In this document: in pieces, positions 47,001-55,570 of the stretch
How positions within the stretch are numbered: the first letter of the stretch is position 1
How the letters are laid out: each line of letters begins with the position of its first letter
Virus record (IMG/VR): IMGVR_UViG_3300035180_001680
DNA from: a virus
Lineage: Duplodnaviria > Caudoviricetes
Length of the DNA stretch: 64,000 bases
Direction: 5' to 3' (one strand)
Translations under genes and position numbers: made by a program
Notes under the pieces: generated by a model
Database searches by the model: none
The model's input: the letters and a program-made list of their open reading frames with translations, nothing else
What the model was told of the DNA's origin: nothing

Positions 47001-47050
47001 ATAGCAATTTTGAAGACATTGGATTAGGATCACAGATTATCATGGGTTAA
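44045..47050 (+). CDS. Enlarged neck protein (gp13-like C-terminus) with Trp-rich repeats
   Basis: C-terminal GYPVVQVELTKEHLNFCVDQGL...EIRGKFGNLPGAGGGVTLN; about 10 W-x-N...W-x-G-x-x-W repeats upstream. Confidence 0.7.
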   Translation: MSTLGFYTDAPGKISSEGREITLKLQKTSPSTAKVSWTLPKGAPGCSVDDLSYNGILVVADTVPIKQEQTPTNQKYYTGDPTVDRNLHAGSKIGTGLVIGAFYDDKTTTSLDISGLQLNTPYYITGFAVDNVGTYDLEGAHSYSQDYQETPHDPDTAGCQTIKLGVLSSDSTGLVSTNTYTFNVSVDYPGFDNMDLNSVYDQFDGFNDGFLNTLNQSTLLSQNFKGPLISISGSQAQTYQQLIDLINFNLSTLNNPFQGPNAPGTGTIYVNQLTNEAYIWNGTHNVLQNTLTSISDPTSPTVNDFWLNSTTQTMSKWNGTSWVLQKSINFASDPSVPECGTYWFNGTTCFQWDGTIWKPQITINQISDPSSAPVLPCGMFWLNSTTNQMFQWITSNGSCKNGELTEGIWTQVNVLDWNEDPRTILDGVYWFNTSVNKLQVRNVNTWSVPSYQVVVSDVTPPSSYVISTLWVNTSTDTLYEWDGVNWVISSNEMIVWATDPTTPSAGELLWNDNLFVWDQVSQQWKLVNNFVESSLDPSEKVVIEKNVCWNDGTTLRCWDGMQWVVISAISFANDPATISDGILWNNTLTNSWSIHQSGSWVIIPYAEFNIPPTSILPGQYWYNPQLNSLYVWNGIAWISLIFQTQPVSYSTGSLWYNTTEKSLYSWNGSSWVVASVPRVSLNELGNLVFTSGTTGSKSTIIVTDGVSPNGLFANLIPRGAINPPTRGTDGLLPTPSYLQQGVGTDGTSEERREMIETILIQFGYPVVQVELTKEHLNFCVDQGLQTLRRMGSSGYERAFFFMDMKAGQQTYKLTDKTVGFHKIVNIMGIYRMTAAILGSAEGQGVYGQLVLQHLYQMGTFDLVSYHIINEYTELMEKLFAANIMYTWREKPRLLSIHQNLFRDERVLMDVMIERTEQDIMADRFLNNWIQTWATGEACLILAEIRGKFGNLPGAGGGVTLNAVDLRARAEKEFQQCIDELDNYIANSNFEDIGLGSQIIMG

Positions 47051-47154
47051 GCCATAAAATATTGGAACAACGAATACTTCAAAGTTTAAAAACGAATACA
47101 AATAATACAATGAAGTATTAGAATGATAAATAATTAGAATTAGTGTGAGATCTT

Positions 47155-48708
47155 ATGTCAACGTGTGGAAGTGTTAACAATTTAGCGACTGATTGCAACT
47201 CCGAATCGGTGTGCTCTCCTTATGATTTAAGTTCAGATCCAGCGAATTGTTATATTCAAGATTTGGTAGCGGAAGCGTTAAATCTTGCATCTGCTCCTGT
47301 TAATGTGTTTAAGTTATTAGGAGTACACGAACAAGGTCAATTGATCGATTTAACGGGATCCGGTACACCAATCTCGAGTGGAGAATATAAAGATTACCCA
47401 GCTTCATTTGCATTTAATAAAAATTTTGATGAATGGCGGTCAACACAAAAAGGTTCACTAGTTGTCACAGCATCATATATTGGTTACGATTTTGGGCCGA
47501 TTAGGTTGGACAACGGTCGCTTACGTTATTCAGTCGACACACAAGTTAAACACCATATAACATCGATACAGATACAACAAGGTTGTGAAAGTAATAACCG
47601 GGTCGTTAAAGCACGAATTGAACGATCAAATGATGGGGTTCAGTGGTTTGGTGTTGATGTCGTTACCTTACCAGATACCTTTAACCTTGAATTAATTTCT
47701 TTCAGACAATCGGCTGCTTCAAGGTATTGGAGAATTAGACCAATCACATTTAATGGTGGGACACAAGATTATTGGGCTGTAAAACAACTCACCTTAACTG
47801 ATTTAACTGCCACGCAGTTATCAAATATTCAAGATGAATTGGGGTTTTTGGAAAATCGTGATAGATCATATTCAGCTGATAGTATCCAAATTAAAGGATA
47901 TTATGATTTACAAGAATATTTAACAAACTTATCAAGATTCGGAATTGATATGAGTTCTACTCAAACGTATGTATTTAAAATTGCTTTTAGTACTGCTGTT
48001 AAAATGATTGGAAGACCAATTGTTATAGGTGACATATTTGAAGTTCCAAGTGAAACACAATATTCTCCCACTTTAAAACCTATAAAGAAATATCTCGAAG
48101 TAACAGATGTGGGTTGGGCAACAGAAGGATTTACTCCAGGATGGAAACCAACTTTACTTCGTGTTGCTGCTATGCCTATGTTGGCGAGCCAAGAAACAAT
48201 GGATATTATTGGAGACATAAATCCACCGTCTAACCTAAACGATTTTCTTGGTATTGAACAGTCAGCATTTAATCCTGAAGCGTTTGTTTCAAATATAAGA
48301 GCATCAGCTGCAGCAAACACTCAAGTTCCAGAAGGTGGTGAAGATACTGCCAACATACGAGTGTTTACAGATGAAGAAATTAAAAGTGCTGCATCACAAG
48401 GTGTCGATCTTGGTAAGTTCAATTTTAATCAACGTGGAGTTTATGTTGAAGACGGGCTTCCACCAAATGGAGAACCTTATACTGAAGGAACATCATTTCC
48501 TACACATCCGAAGGATGGAGATTATCATCGTTTGACGTATGAAGCAAAATTTAATATTCCAGTTAGATTGCACAAATATAGTGTGTTGAAGAATCGGTGG
48601 ATTTTCGTTGAAGAGGATCGACGTTCGTTATTGGTTAACCCTAAACCACAATTACAATCGTTACTTCAGGATCCTAACAAAGTAAACAACAATGAAATCA
48701 CGTCGTGA
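47155..48708 (+). CDS. Neck/head-completion protein (gp14-like) with inserted discoidin-like domain
   Basis: QDLVAEALNL..PVNVFKL start; ASRYWRIRP...WAVKQL discoidin-type motif; lies between gp13-like and gp15. Confidence 0.6.
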   Translation: MSTCGSVNNLATDCNSESVCSPYDLSSDPANCYIQDLVAEALNLASAPVNVFKLLGVHEQGQLIDLTGSGTPISSGEYKDYPASFAFNKNFDEWRSTQKGSLVVTASYIGYDFGPIRLDNGRLRYSVDTQVKHHITSIQIQQGCESNNRVVKARIERSNDGVQWFGVDVVTLPDTFNLELISFRQSAASRYWRIRPITFNGGTQDYWAVKQLTLTDLTATQLSNIQDELGFLENRDRSYSADSIQIKGYYDLQEYLTNLSRFGIDMSSTQTYVFKIAFSTAVKMIGRPIVIGDIFEVPSETQYSPTLKPIKKYLEVTDVGWATEGFTPGWKPTLLRVAAMPMLASQETMDIIGDINPPSNLNDFLGIEQSAFNPEAFVSNIRASAAANTQVPEGGEDTANIRVFTDEEIKSAASQGVDLGKFNFNQRGVYVEDGLPPNGEPYTEGTSFPTHPKDGDYHRLTYEAKFNIPVRLHKYSVLKNRWIFVEEDRRSLLVNPKPQLQSLLQDPNKVNNNEITS

Positions 48709-48822
48709 GAAGAAGTTAAACGTATCATATAAATGAACAAACGACAAAGAGATAGTAAATAGTGTGTACATATATGGAGATTGTAATGAGATTTAAGAAT
48801 AATTCTTTTGGAATACAAAATT

Positions 48823-49581
48823 ATGATTAATACATATTACTTTAACAGTCAATTTGCAAGATATATTGTTCAATTTATGAATATTTTTAATGGCTTAACA
48901 GTTATGACAGGAAAAGCTGCAAATGGAACTGAACAATCTTTACTTGTTCCGATTCAGTATGGTAGTAAAGACCGTGTAGCATCTTCTATATTAAATGATA
49001 ACACTCAAAACAAACCGTTAAGGTTACCTGTAATGAGTTGTTTTCTTTCTGGAATCACATACGCAGATAACAGAAAAAAAGGGGTTGGGACAATGAGAAC
49101 TACTCCATATGTTCCACGTGGTGGATTATTACCCGAAGACGCAAAAGTGGTTCATCAACTAATGCCAAATCCATATGACATAACGATGTCTTTGTCAATC
49201 TTTACGAGTAATATTAATACTCAACATCAAATCTTGGAACAAATTTTTATGTTATTTGATCCTATTTTACAAATTCAAATCTCTGATTCGGCTTTTGATT
49301 GGACAAAATTGACAACTGTGTTTCTCCGAAATATAAATTATGAAGAAAATTATCCTGCTGGTACGGATAGACGAATGATTGTCACAACTATCACATTTGA
49401 TATTCCGATTTATATTTCAGCTCCTGCTAATTTAAAAAATCAACTCATTCAACAAATATACGCCAGAATAGGAATTGTTGAAGGCCAAAATCTTTCAAAT
49501 GAAGAAATCATTGATCAACTAGATAAACAGAATATTAACTATGAGTTAATTGTTTCCACTGACGATTTGATCGTTAAGTAA
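48823..49581 (+). CDS. gp15: Tail terminator/sheath stabiliser (gp15-like)
   Basis: YYFNSQFARYIVQFMNIF, VPIQYGSK, RLPVMS, PNPYDITMSLSI, QILEQI..FDP; start moved to 48823. Confidence 0.85.
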   Translation: MINTYYFNSQFARYIVQFMNIFNGLTVMTGKAANGTEQSLLVPIQYGSKDRVASSILNDNTQNKPLRLPVMSCFLSGITYADNRKKGVGTMRTTPYVPRGGLLPEDAKVVHQLMPNPYDITMSLSIFTSNINTQHQILEQIFMLFDPILQIQISDSAFDWTKLTTVFLRNINYEENYPAGTDRRMIVTTITFDIPIYISAPANLKNQLIQQIYARIGIVEGQNLSNEEIIDQLDKQNINYELIVSTDDLIVK

Positions 49582-49684
49582 ACACCATATCATAGATAGA
49601 CCCTCAAACCTAGTGGTTTATAAAATTTAACGTCAAATAACATCTCTAACTTTTTCATTAACTTCGGGGATTTATGGAGTTTTT

Positions 49685-49692
49685 TATAAATA
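49685..49692 (+). promoter_or_regulatory. Late promoter TATAAATA
   Basis: Exact motif upstream of the sheath gene. Confidence 0.7.
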
Positions 49693-49771
49693 CTATTATA
49701 GAACACTCACATATGATCTAAAACAACGAGTATTGTGAGTTTATCATGATACACTAAAAGGAGATTTTATT

Positions 49772-51535
49772 ATGGCTATGTTAGTTTCCCCTGGAGTTTC
49801 AGTAACTGTTACTGATGAATCTTTCTTCATTCCAGCAACAGCACCAACGGTTCCATTACTGTTTATTGCAACAGCAGATCAAAAGTTTAGACCAGATGGC
49901 GTTACGCCAGCAACTGGAACGTACGAACATGACGTTATTGAAACAGTTACGTCAGTAACACAAAGCACTCAATTGTACGGTGTTCCACGCTTTATTGTAA
50001 ATTCCCAAGGGAATCCACAACACGGCGATTGCCGTAATGAGTATGGTGTGTTTGCGCTTAATCAGTTCCTTGGGATTGGAAGTAAAGCATATGTTATTCG
50101 CGCTAATGTGAATTTGGATGATGATCCAAGTAACATTATGACGATGTGGGATAGTGCTATTCAAAATGCAAGTAATGTTATGGAACAATTAATTGCTGCA
50201 CGTCTTCAAGAATATAACAGCACAAACCTATATATTCCAAGCAATCCTTTATATAAAACAACAGTGACAAAAACAGAGTTTATTTCTGATGCAACTTCTG
50301 CGTTACAAGCTGTGTATGATATGTATTCGTTCCGAAATTTGGAGCCATTGTTTCAAAACGATCATTCAACTGCTGTGTGTTCTGCCACAATTCCTGGATT
50401 TTGTGTATATGCGAATGGTTTTGCTTTACCAGCATCAGGTGGTTACATTGGTCTTGCAGGATTAGCTGCGGAATGGGTTGCAAATAATTCAGGTTCAACA
50501 ACAGGACACGAGACTGAATGGACGGCGACTGAAGCATCTGCATTATTAATAGAAGCAGCAACTTCATTCAAGTTTACAGTTGAGTTCTTGAATTCAACGA
50601 TGTTAGGTGCAAACGATGCCGCCCGCCGCGTTGCAATCGTTCAAGCGTTGCAAGCTTCAATTAACAGTAATCAAGCAATTCGTTCTGATCAGTATGAATT
50701 CAACTTGATTCTCTGCCCAGGTTATCCTGAAGTTGTAGATGAAATGATTGCTTTGTCGATCGACATCAACGAAGAAGCTTTTGTTATTGGTGAAACTCCT
50801 ATGAATGTGGATCCTGATGCTCTTGTTTCTGCTTGGGGAGATTCATTAACAAGTTCAAGACAGCATAGTAACAACGTTGCTTATTACTACCCACATGGTT
50901 TAGCTTCCAACTTGGATGGTGCTGATGTTATGGTAGCAGCATCTGGAATCGCTTTAAGGACATATGCATACAGTGATAATATTTCACAACTTTGGTTTGC
51001 ACCTGCAGGAACCAATCGTGGTTTGGTGTCTGGTGTTAGTCAAATAGGTTATGTTGTGGGAACTTTAGGTTCTGCAACTACTTTTGTCCCTACGGCTTTG
51101 AATCAAGGTCAACGTGACAATATGTACAAATATTTCACAAACATTAATCCTATTGCTAATCTCCCAGGAAGAGGAATTCTTGTGTTTGGTCAGAAGACGT
51201 CTCAAGGTACTGCAAGTGCAATGGATAGAGTTAACGTTTCCCGCTTAATCAAGTATATCAAACGTCAACTTCGTAAAAACACGGTTCCTTTCTTATTTGA
51301 ACCGAATGATACGATAACTCAAAACAATGTGAAGGCTGTTGTTGATGCGTTTTTACAAGACATTCTCGTTAAACGTGGTTTATACGACTTTGCTGTGTTG
51401 TGTGATTCAACCAACAATACTCCAGATCGTATTGATCGTAATGAGTTGTATGTTGACATCGCGTTGAAACCAACTAAAGCAATAGAATTTATTTACATTC
51501 CTATTCGTATCTTGGCAACTGGTGCATCAATGTAA
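49772..51535 (+). CDS. gp18: Contractile tail sheath protein (gp18-like)
   Basis: LVSPGVSV, WFAPAG.NRG, INPI, FGQKT, RVNVSRL, FEPND, LKPTKAIEFI. Confidence 0.95.
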   Translation: MAMLVSPGVSVTVTDESFFIPATAPTVPLLFIATADQKFRPDGVTPATGTYEHDVIETVTSVTQSTQLYGVPRFIVNSQGNPQHGDCRNEYGVFALNQFLGIGSKAYVIRANVNLDDDPSNIMTMWDSAIQNASNVMEQLIAARLQEYNSTNLYIPSNPLYKTTVTKTEFISDATSALQAVYDMYSFRNLEPLFQNDHSTAVCSATIPGFCVYANGFALPASGGYIGLAGLAAEWVANNSGSTTGHETEWTATEASALLIEAATSFKFTVEFLNSTMLGANDAARRVAIVQALQASINSNQAIRSDQYEFNLILCPGYPEVVDEMIALSIDINEEAFVIGETPMNVDPDALVSAWGDSLTSSRQHSNNVAYYYPHGLASNLDGADVMVAASGIALRTYAYSDNISQLWFAPAGTNRGLVSGVSQIGYVVGTLGSATTFVPTALNQGQRDNMYKYFTNINPIANLPGRGILVFGQKTSQGTASAMDRVNVSRLIKYIKRQLRKNTVPFLFEPNDTITQNNVKAVVDAFLQDILVKRGLYDFAVLCDSTNNTPDRIDRNELYVDIALKPTKAIEFIYIPIRILATGASM

Positions 51536-51545
51536 TCAAAAGATC

Positions 51546-51572
51546 GCAAGGGGTATTAATACCCCTTGCTTT
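51546..51572 (+). terminator. Perfect 24-bp palindrome, probable terminator between sheath and tube genes
   Basis: GCAAGGGGTATTAATACCCCTTGC followed by TTT. Confidence 0.65.
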
Positions 51573-51613
51573 CACTAAAACAAACGATTTTTTTGGTATT
51601 TTCAATAGCATAT

Positions 51614-51621
51614 TATAAATA
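51614..51621 (+). promoter_or_regulatory. Late promoter TATAAATA
   Basis: Exact motif upstream of the tube gene. Confidence 0.7.
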
Positions 51622-51652
51622 CCTCCATATATGATTAAACAGGAGTAAGTGT

Positions 51653-52258
51653 ATGTCTACAATTTCAGATTTTGGTATTCCGGGTGTTGGTTCAGGTGGT
51701 CTTTTACAACCTAAACTCCAAGACCGTTGGCGTGTTATTTTTAATAATATAGGTGGTAGTGGAGTTGATTCCAAGAATTTATCATTTCAAGCAGTAAAAG
51801 TATCTCGCCCAAACTTGTCTTTTGAAGAAATCGAGCTTCATCGTTACAATTCAAGAGCATGGATTGCTGGAAAACACACATGGGCTGAATGTGAGATGAC
51901 TATTGAAGACGATGTTACAGGCTCTGCGACAAAAATTCTTCAAACGCAACTTCAAAGACAAAAGTGGTTAATTGGTGCTGATGGTCCATGGTTACAATCT
52001 GCACCTGAAGGTTCTGCTTATAAGTTCTCGCTTCAAATTGAAATGCTTGACGGAGCATCATTCGTGTTAGAGCGTTGGTATCTTGAAGGTGCTTGGATTA
52101 AGAATTCAAATTTCGGTGAACTTGATTATGGTGCAAACGAAAAAGTAACAATTGCACTGACAATCCGGTTTGATAATGCTCGTCAAGAAATTTATCAATA
52201 TCCAGATGGACAGGGTGTTGCAACTGGTGGTGCTGCTGGTTCTGCAGGTGGAATTTAA
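51653..52258 (+). CDS. gp19: Tail tube protein (gp19-like)
   Basis: Follows sheath; VSRPNLSFEEIELHRYNS..W.AGK.TW...L.GAWI....GELDY...TI.LTIRFD. Confidence 0.9.
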   Translation: MSTISDFGIPGVGSGGLLQPKLQDRWRVIFNNIGGSGVDSKNLSFQAVKVSRPNLSFEEIELHRYNSRAWIAGKHTWAECEMTIEDDVTGSATKILQTQLQRQKWLIGADGPWLQSAPEGSAYKFSLQIEMLDGASFVLERWYLEGAWIKNSNFGELDYGANEKVTIALTIRFDNARQEIYQYPDGQGVATGGAAGSAGGI

Positions 52259-52278
52259 TTCAAAACATTTCAAAACAT

Positions 52279-52306
52279 AAGGGGAGATTGTTCTCCCCTT
52301 TCTTTT
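52279..52306 (+). terminator. Rho-independent terminator after tube gene
   Basis: AAGGGGAGA-TTGT-TCTCCCCTT plus TCTTTT; TATAAATA follows at 52307-52314. Confidence 0.8.
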
Positions 52307-52335
52307 TATAAATAGTTCCATAGTAAGGAGCTATT

Positions 52336-53781
52336 ATGACTTTCGATTTTTCGGGTTTAATCACACGTGAAGTAAATTCAACCGTCAATAACGGAGTATC
52401 TAGTGTGCTTAAAACTTTTAGTACTGCTGTTAATACAAATTTAAATGGCTTCATCACCAAAGGAAGTGAACAAATTCTGTCTTCTATTGGTGCTCCACAG
52501 GCAATACGAGCTGCTGTAATGAATATTAACGCTGGAATAGTTAATGCTGGTGTAAATGCTGCAGGAAGTATGTTTAATAATATTTTAAGTGGGGCATTTA
52601 ATTCAGGGACTTTAGCTCAATTTAGTACAATGGATTCAGTTATTGCAGGTATGTCTGCTAACAATCCTCATGCTACAGATTTATTTCACTTAAACACATT
52701 ATCAGGACTTGTCAGCTCTCTGAATGGCATGGTTTCAAATGCATTGCGCCAAAATAATTTTGACCCATCATATGATTCTCCGTATGCAACAGATATTGCA
52801 AATGTGTATACACCAAAATATGGTTTCATGTTTATGGTTCAATTTGTTCCTAATGCGACAGCTTCGGGAGAATTTGTCAAATTATTTCAAAACGAAATGA
52901 ATCTTGTAGTTCATAAATTTGATCGTCCGAAAGTTGAAATAGAACACGAAGAAGTTAATTTGTATAATTTTAGAACACAAGTTCCAAAAAATGTTAAATA
53001 CGGACCAGCCTCGTTTACAGTTCATGATGATATAAAAAGTGACACTCTTTCTGTTATAGTTGGTTATTTAAGAACTATTAGCCCAATCTTTAATTTTCCT
53101 ACTAATACAGCAGAGGGAACAGGGGGTATGGAATTTGATTCAATTAATGGTGCTAATTTTGGAACAATTCAGCAAAGACAAAGCAATGCATACGGTTTGT
53201 ATGAAACAGATGGACCTGATGATAGTTTAAAAACAATTTTTAAAGAAATCATTGTTTATCATGTTTATGATTTTGGTAGTTATACTGATGTGTATCATTT
53301 CTACAATCCAAAATTTACAAGTATCACTATGGATGGATTTGATATGGAGGTTACTAAAGGTAACATTGTAAATTTTGAATTTGTATTTGATGGATATTAT
53401 ATTGAAGTTCAAAAGCAAACCAATTCTTTTGGACCGAATTTTGGTCGAGGAATTATGCCAAGCGCTCAATACAATATTGTTAGTAGAAAATATTCAGAAC
53501 CAACAGGTTTGACTAACTTAAGTATATCAACGGCTCCTAAAACAAGCTCCCAAGGAGTAAACTTTACATCATTCATTCAACAAAATTCAATTACCTCACT
53601 AGCTTCTACACCAAATGGTTCTGGATATACAAGTCTATTCCCTCCTGGATTACCAACAACGGAGTCTTTTGTTAATACTTCTTTAAACACATATATCCCC
53701 ACATCAGTTTCCACATTAAATTCACAACCTTCCTCAGTTGTTGTAACAGGTTTGAAATATTCCCTTACTCCATTTAAATAA
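52336..53781 (+). CDS. Tube-fold baseplate protein (gp54/gp48-like, tentative)
   Basis: Central KFDRPKVEIEHEEVNLYNFRTQVPKNVKYGPASFTVHDD resembles the adjacent tube protein. Confidence 0.6.
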   Translation: MTFDFSGLITREVNSTVNNGVSSVLKTFSTAVNTNLNGFITKGSEQILSSIGAPQAIRAAVMNINAGIVNAGVNAAGSMFNNILSGAFNSGTLAQFSTMDSVIAGMSANNPHATDLFHLNTLSGLVSSLNGMVSNALRQNNFDPSYDSPYATDIANVYTPKYGFMFMVQFVPNATASGEFVKLFQNEMNLVVHKFDRPKVEIEHEEVNLYNFRTQVPKNVKYGPASFTVHDDIKSDTLSVIVGYLRTISPIFNFPTNTAEGTGGMEFDSINGANFGTIQQRQSNAYGLYETDGPDDSLKTIFKEIIVYHVYDFGSYTDVYHFYNPKFTSITMDGFDMEVTKGNIVNFEFVFDGYYIEVQKQTNSFGPNFGRGIMPSAQYNIVSRKYSEPTGLTNLSISTAPKTSSQGVNFTSFIQQNSITSLASTPNGSGYTSLFPPGLPTTESFVNTSLNTYIPTSVSTLNSQPSSVVVTGLKYSLTPFK

Positions 53782-54209
53782 TGGCTAAAAGTAATTTCTC
53801 TCAAGGATTTTTTAAACCAAGATATCCAGAAAAGTATGTTGGGGATGTTAATCGAATAATTTATCGGTCTTCTTGGGAACTCAATTTTAACATTTCTTTG
53901 GATGGAAATCCTAATGTTATCAAGTGGGGTTCAGAATGTGTCGCGATCCCTTATGTTAAACCGACTGATCAAAAAGTGCATAAATATTATCCAGATTACT
54001 TTGTTATGTATAAGGACGTTGATGGTTTTATCCACAAAGAGATTATTGAAATTAAACCATCAACTCAAACAGCATTATCGAAACGTGCAAATCTATATGA
54101 ACAACTAACCTATGCAGTCAACACAGCTAAATGGGAAAGCGCTAAAAAATGGTGTGAACGTTTCGGAGTAACTTTTCGCATTATTACTGAAAAGGAATTG
54201 TTTAAATGA
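53781..54209 (+). CDS. gp4: Head completion nuclease (gp4-like, TnsA fold)
   Basis: IIYRSSWE, WGSE, YYPDYF, EIKP, NTAKWESA, FRIITEKELF. Confidence 0.88.
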   Translation: MAKSNFSQGFFKPRYPEKYVGDVNRIIYRSSWELNFNISLDGNPNVIKWGSECVAIPYVKPTDQKVHKYYPDYFVMYKDVDGFIHKEIIEIKPSTQTALSKRANLYEQLTYAVNTAKWESAKKWCERFGVTFRIITEKELFK

Positions 54210-54625
54210 AAACCATAACCGAAATTAAAACTATAGAACATCCAATGGAAGCAATTTTTAATATTGAACCTGGAACGACTGAAGTTGTTGTGGAGGAAGT
54301 TGTGTCCGGTGAATTAGTTACATTGGATTCATACGATGAAAAAGATCGTGAAATTGAAAGCCAGTTCCAAGAAGTGTATGACACTGCGATGACTTCTTTT
54401 GCAGACCAAGCTGGTTTATTACTTCAATCTGACCCAAAATATCGTTCAAGAAATATGGAAGTTGCCAATGCTTTTTTGAATACTGCTCTTTCAGCTGCCA
54501 GAGAAAAATCTCTTTTGAAACTCGGTAAGGAAAAAATTCTCAAAGGTGTTCCATCTACAGTTAACAACAATCTGATTATGGATAGAAATGAATTATTAAA
54601 AATGTTAAAAGACGTAGATATATGA
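54206..54625 (+). CDS. Terminase small subunit (probable)
   Basis: 139 aa helical protein with VNNNLIMDRNELLKML C-terminus, upstream of terL. Confidence 0.55.
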   Translation: MKTITEIKTIEHPMEAIFNIEPGTTEVVVEEVVSGELVTLDSYDEKDREIESQFQEVYDTAMTSFADQAGLLLQSDPKYRSRNMEVANAFLNTALSAAREKSLLKLGKEKILKGVPSTVNNNLIMDRNELLKMLKDVDI

Positions 54626-54628
54626 TAT

Positions 54629-55519
54629 ATGATAAATGAAGTTATTAAAGATTTAGAATCATTTGGTTATACAAATTATAAAAAAAAGTCTAAAAAGACA
54701 CTAATAGTTTTTACAGATAATAAGAGATTGGATGTTATAAATGATATTACATCCAAATTGATACACTCTGTTTATGATAGAACTCCTACATCAACATCAA
54801 GTCTTGGTTTAATTAAAGACGTCCGAGGAATTTCTATTATAGTTAAACCAAATGGAAAACAAGGGGTTTGTTCGGCTGGTATAGAAAATGAACAAACTCT
54901 TGTTGATAATATCAACAAATATACAACCAATAATCCAATCAATATCCGTTTTTTTGATAATAACATTGAATATATTATCACGAACGTTATTAGTGCTTCT
55001 AGTGTTGGAACTTCTACTGCTGGTAGAAAGAAAGCTGATGTAAAAATTCACACTTTATATGGTGAATATAATATATCTCTTAAAAAGGATAATGCTGAAT
55101 ATTGGGAATCAGCTGATACGTTATTTCGAACACAAGCTGAACACCATATTAACGAATTAAAGAATTCTAACAAGATTGAAATCAAACAACACGAACTTGG
55201 ATATTTTACAATAACCCCCAATATTGCAATTAAAGCTACACCAGAGCAAGTCAAAGATGTTGTTTTTGGTTCAGATATTTTAAATTGTGGTGCTGTTATT
55301 ACTAGAACATTTAATTCAAACGATTTTCTTTTTCTCGATAATCAGTTAACAATTTCATGTTCATCGATTATAACATCACCTGATAATATTCCCGAGGATA
55401 AACAAGTGTGGTTCTTAATCCGAAATGACAAAACACGAACTTCTGGAGTTTATAGAGGATTACGAGTTCTTGCATCTTATGAGAAGCGATTGAATCCAAA
55501 TGTGTTGAGAGTATTTTAA
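54629..55519 (+). CDS. PD-(D/E)xK-like nuclease-fold hypothetical protein
   Basis: GIENE...RKKADVKI...NISLKK motif pattern; inserted between putative terS and terL. Confidence 0.5.
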   Translation: MINEVIKDLESFGYTNYKKKSKKTLIVFTDNKRLDVINDITSKLIHSVYDRTPTSTSSLGLIKDVRGISIIVKPNGKQGVCSAGIENEQTLVDNINKYTTNNPINIRFFDNNIEYIITNVISASSVGTSTAGRKKADVKIHTLYGEYNISLKKDNAEYWESADTLFRTQAEHHINELKNSNKIEIKQHELGYFTITPNIAIKATPEQVKDVVFGSDILNCGAVITRTFNSNDFLFLDNQLTISCSSIITSPDNIPEDKQVWFLIRNDKTRTSGVYRGLRVLASYEKRLNPNVLRVF

Positions 55520-55570
55520 GGTAACACTTAAAATATACGAACTAAATATTTCAACTATTGGAATGTTTAA

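Noticed and set aside
47069-47119. 9-bp inverted repeat AATACTTCA/TGAAGTATT and direct repeat AACGAATAC between the neck genes
   Set aside because: Short, AT-rich and widely spaced; plausible by chance in this composition.
25309-48822. Longest-ORF starts at 25309, 29200, 38260, 41929, 43642 and 48808 from the ORF track
   Set aside because: Downstream ATGs fit better on SD or promoter placement or homologous N-termini; at 41929 the late promoter lies inside the extension. Starts were moved accordingly.
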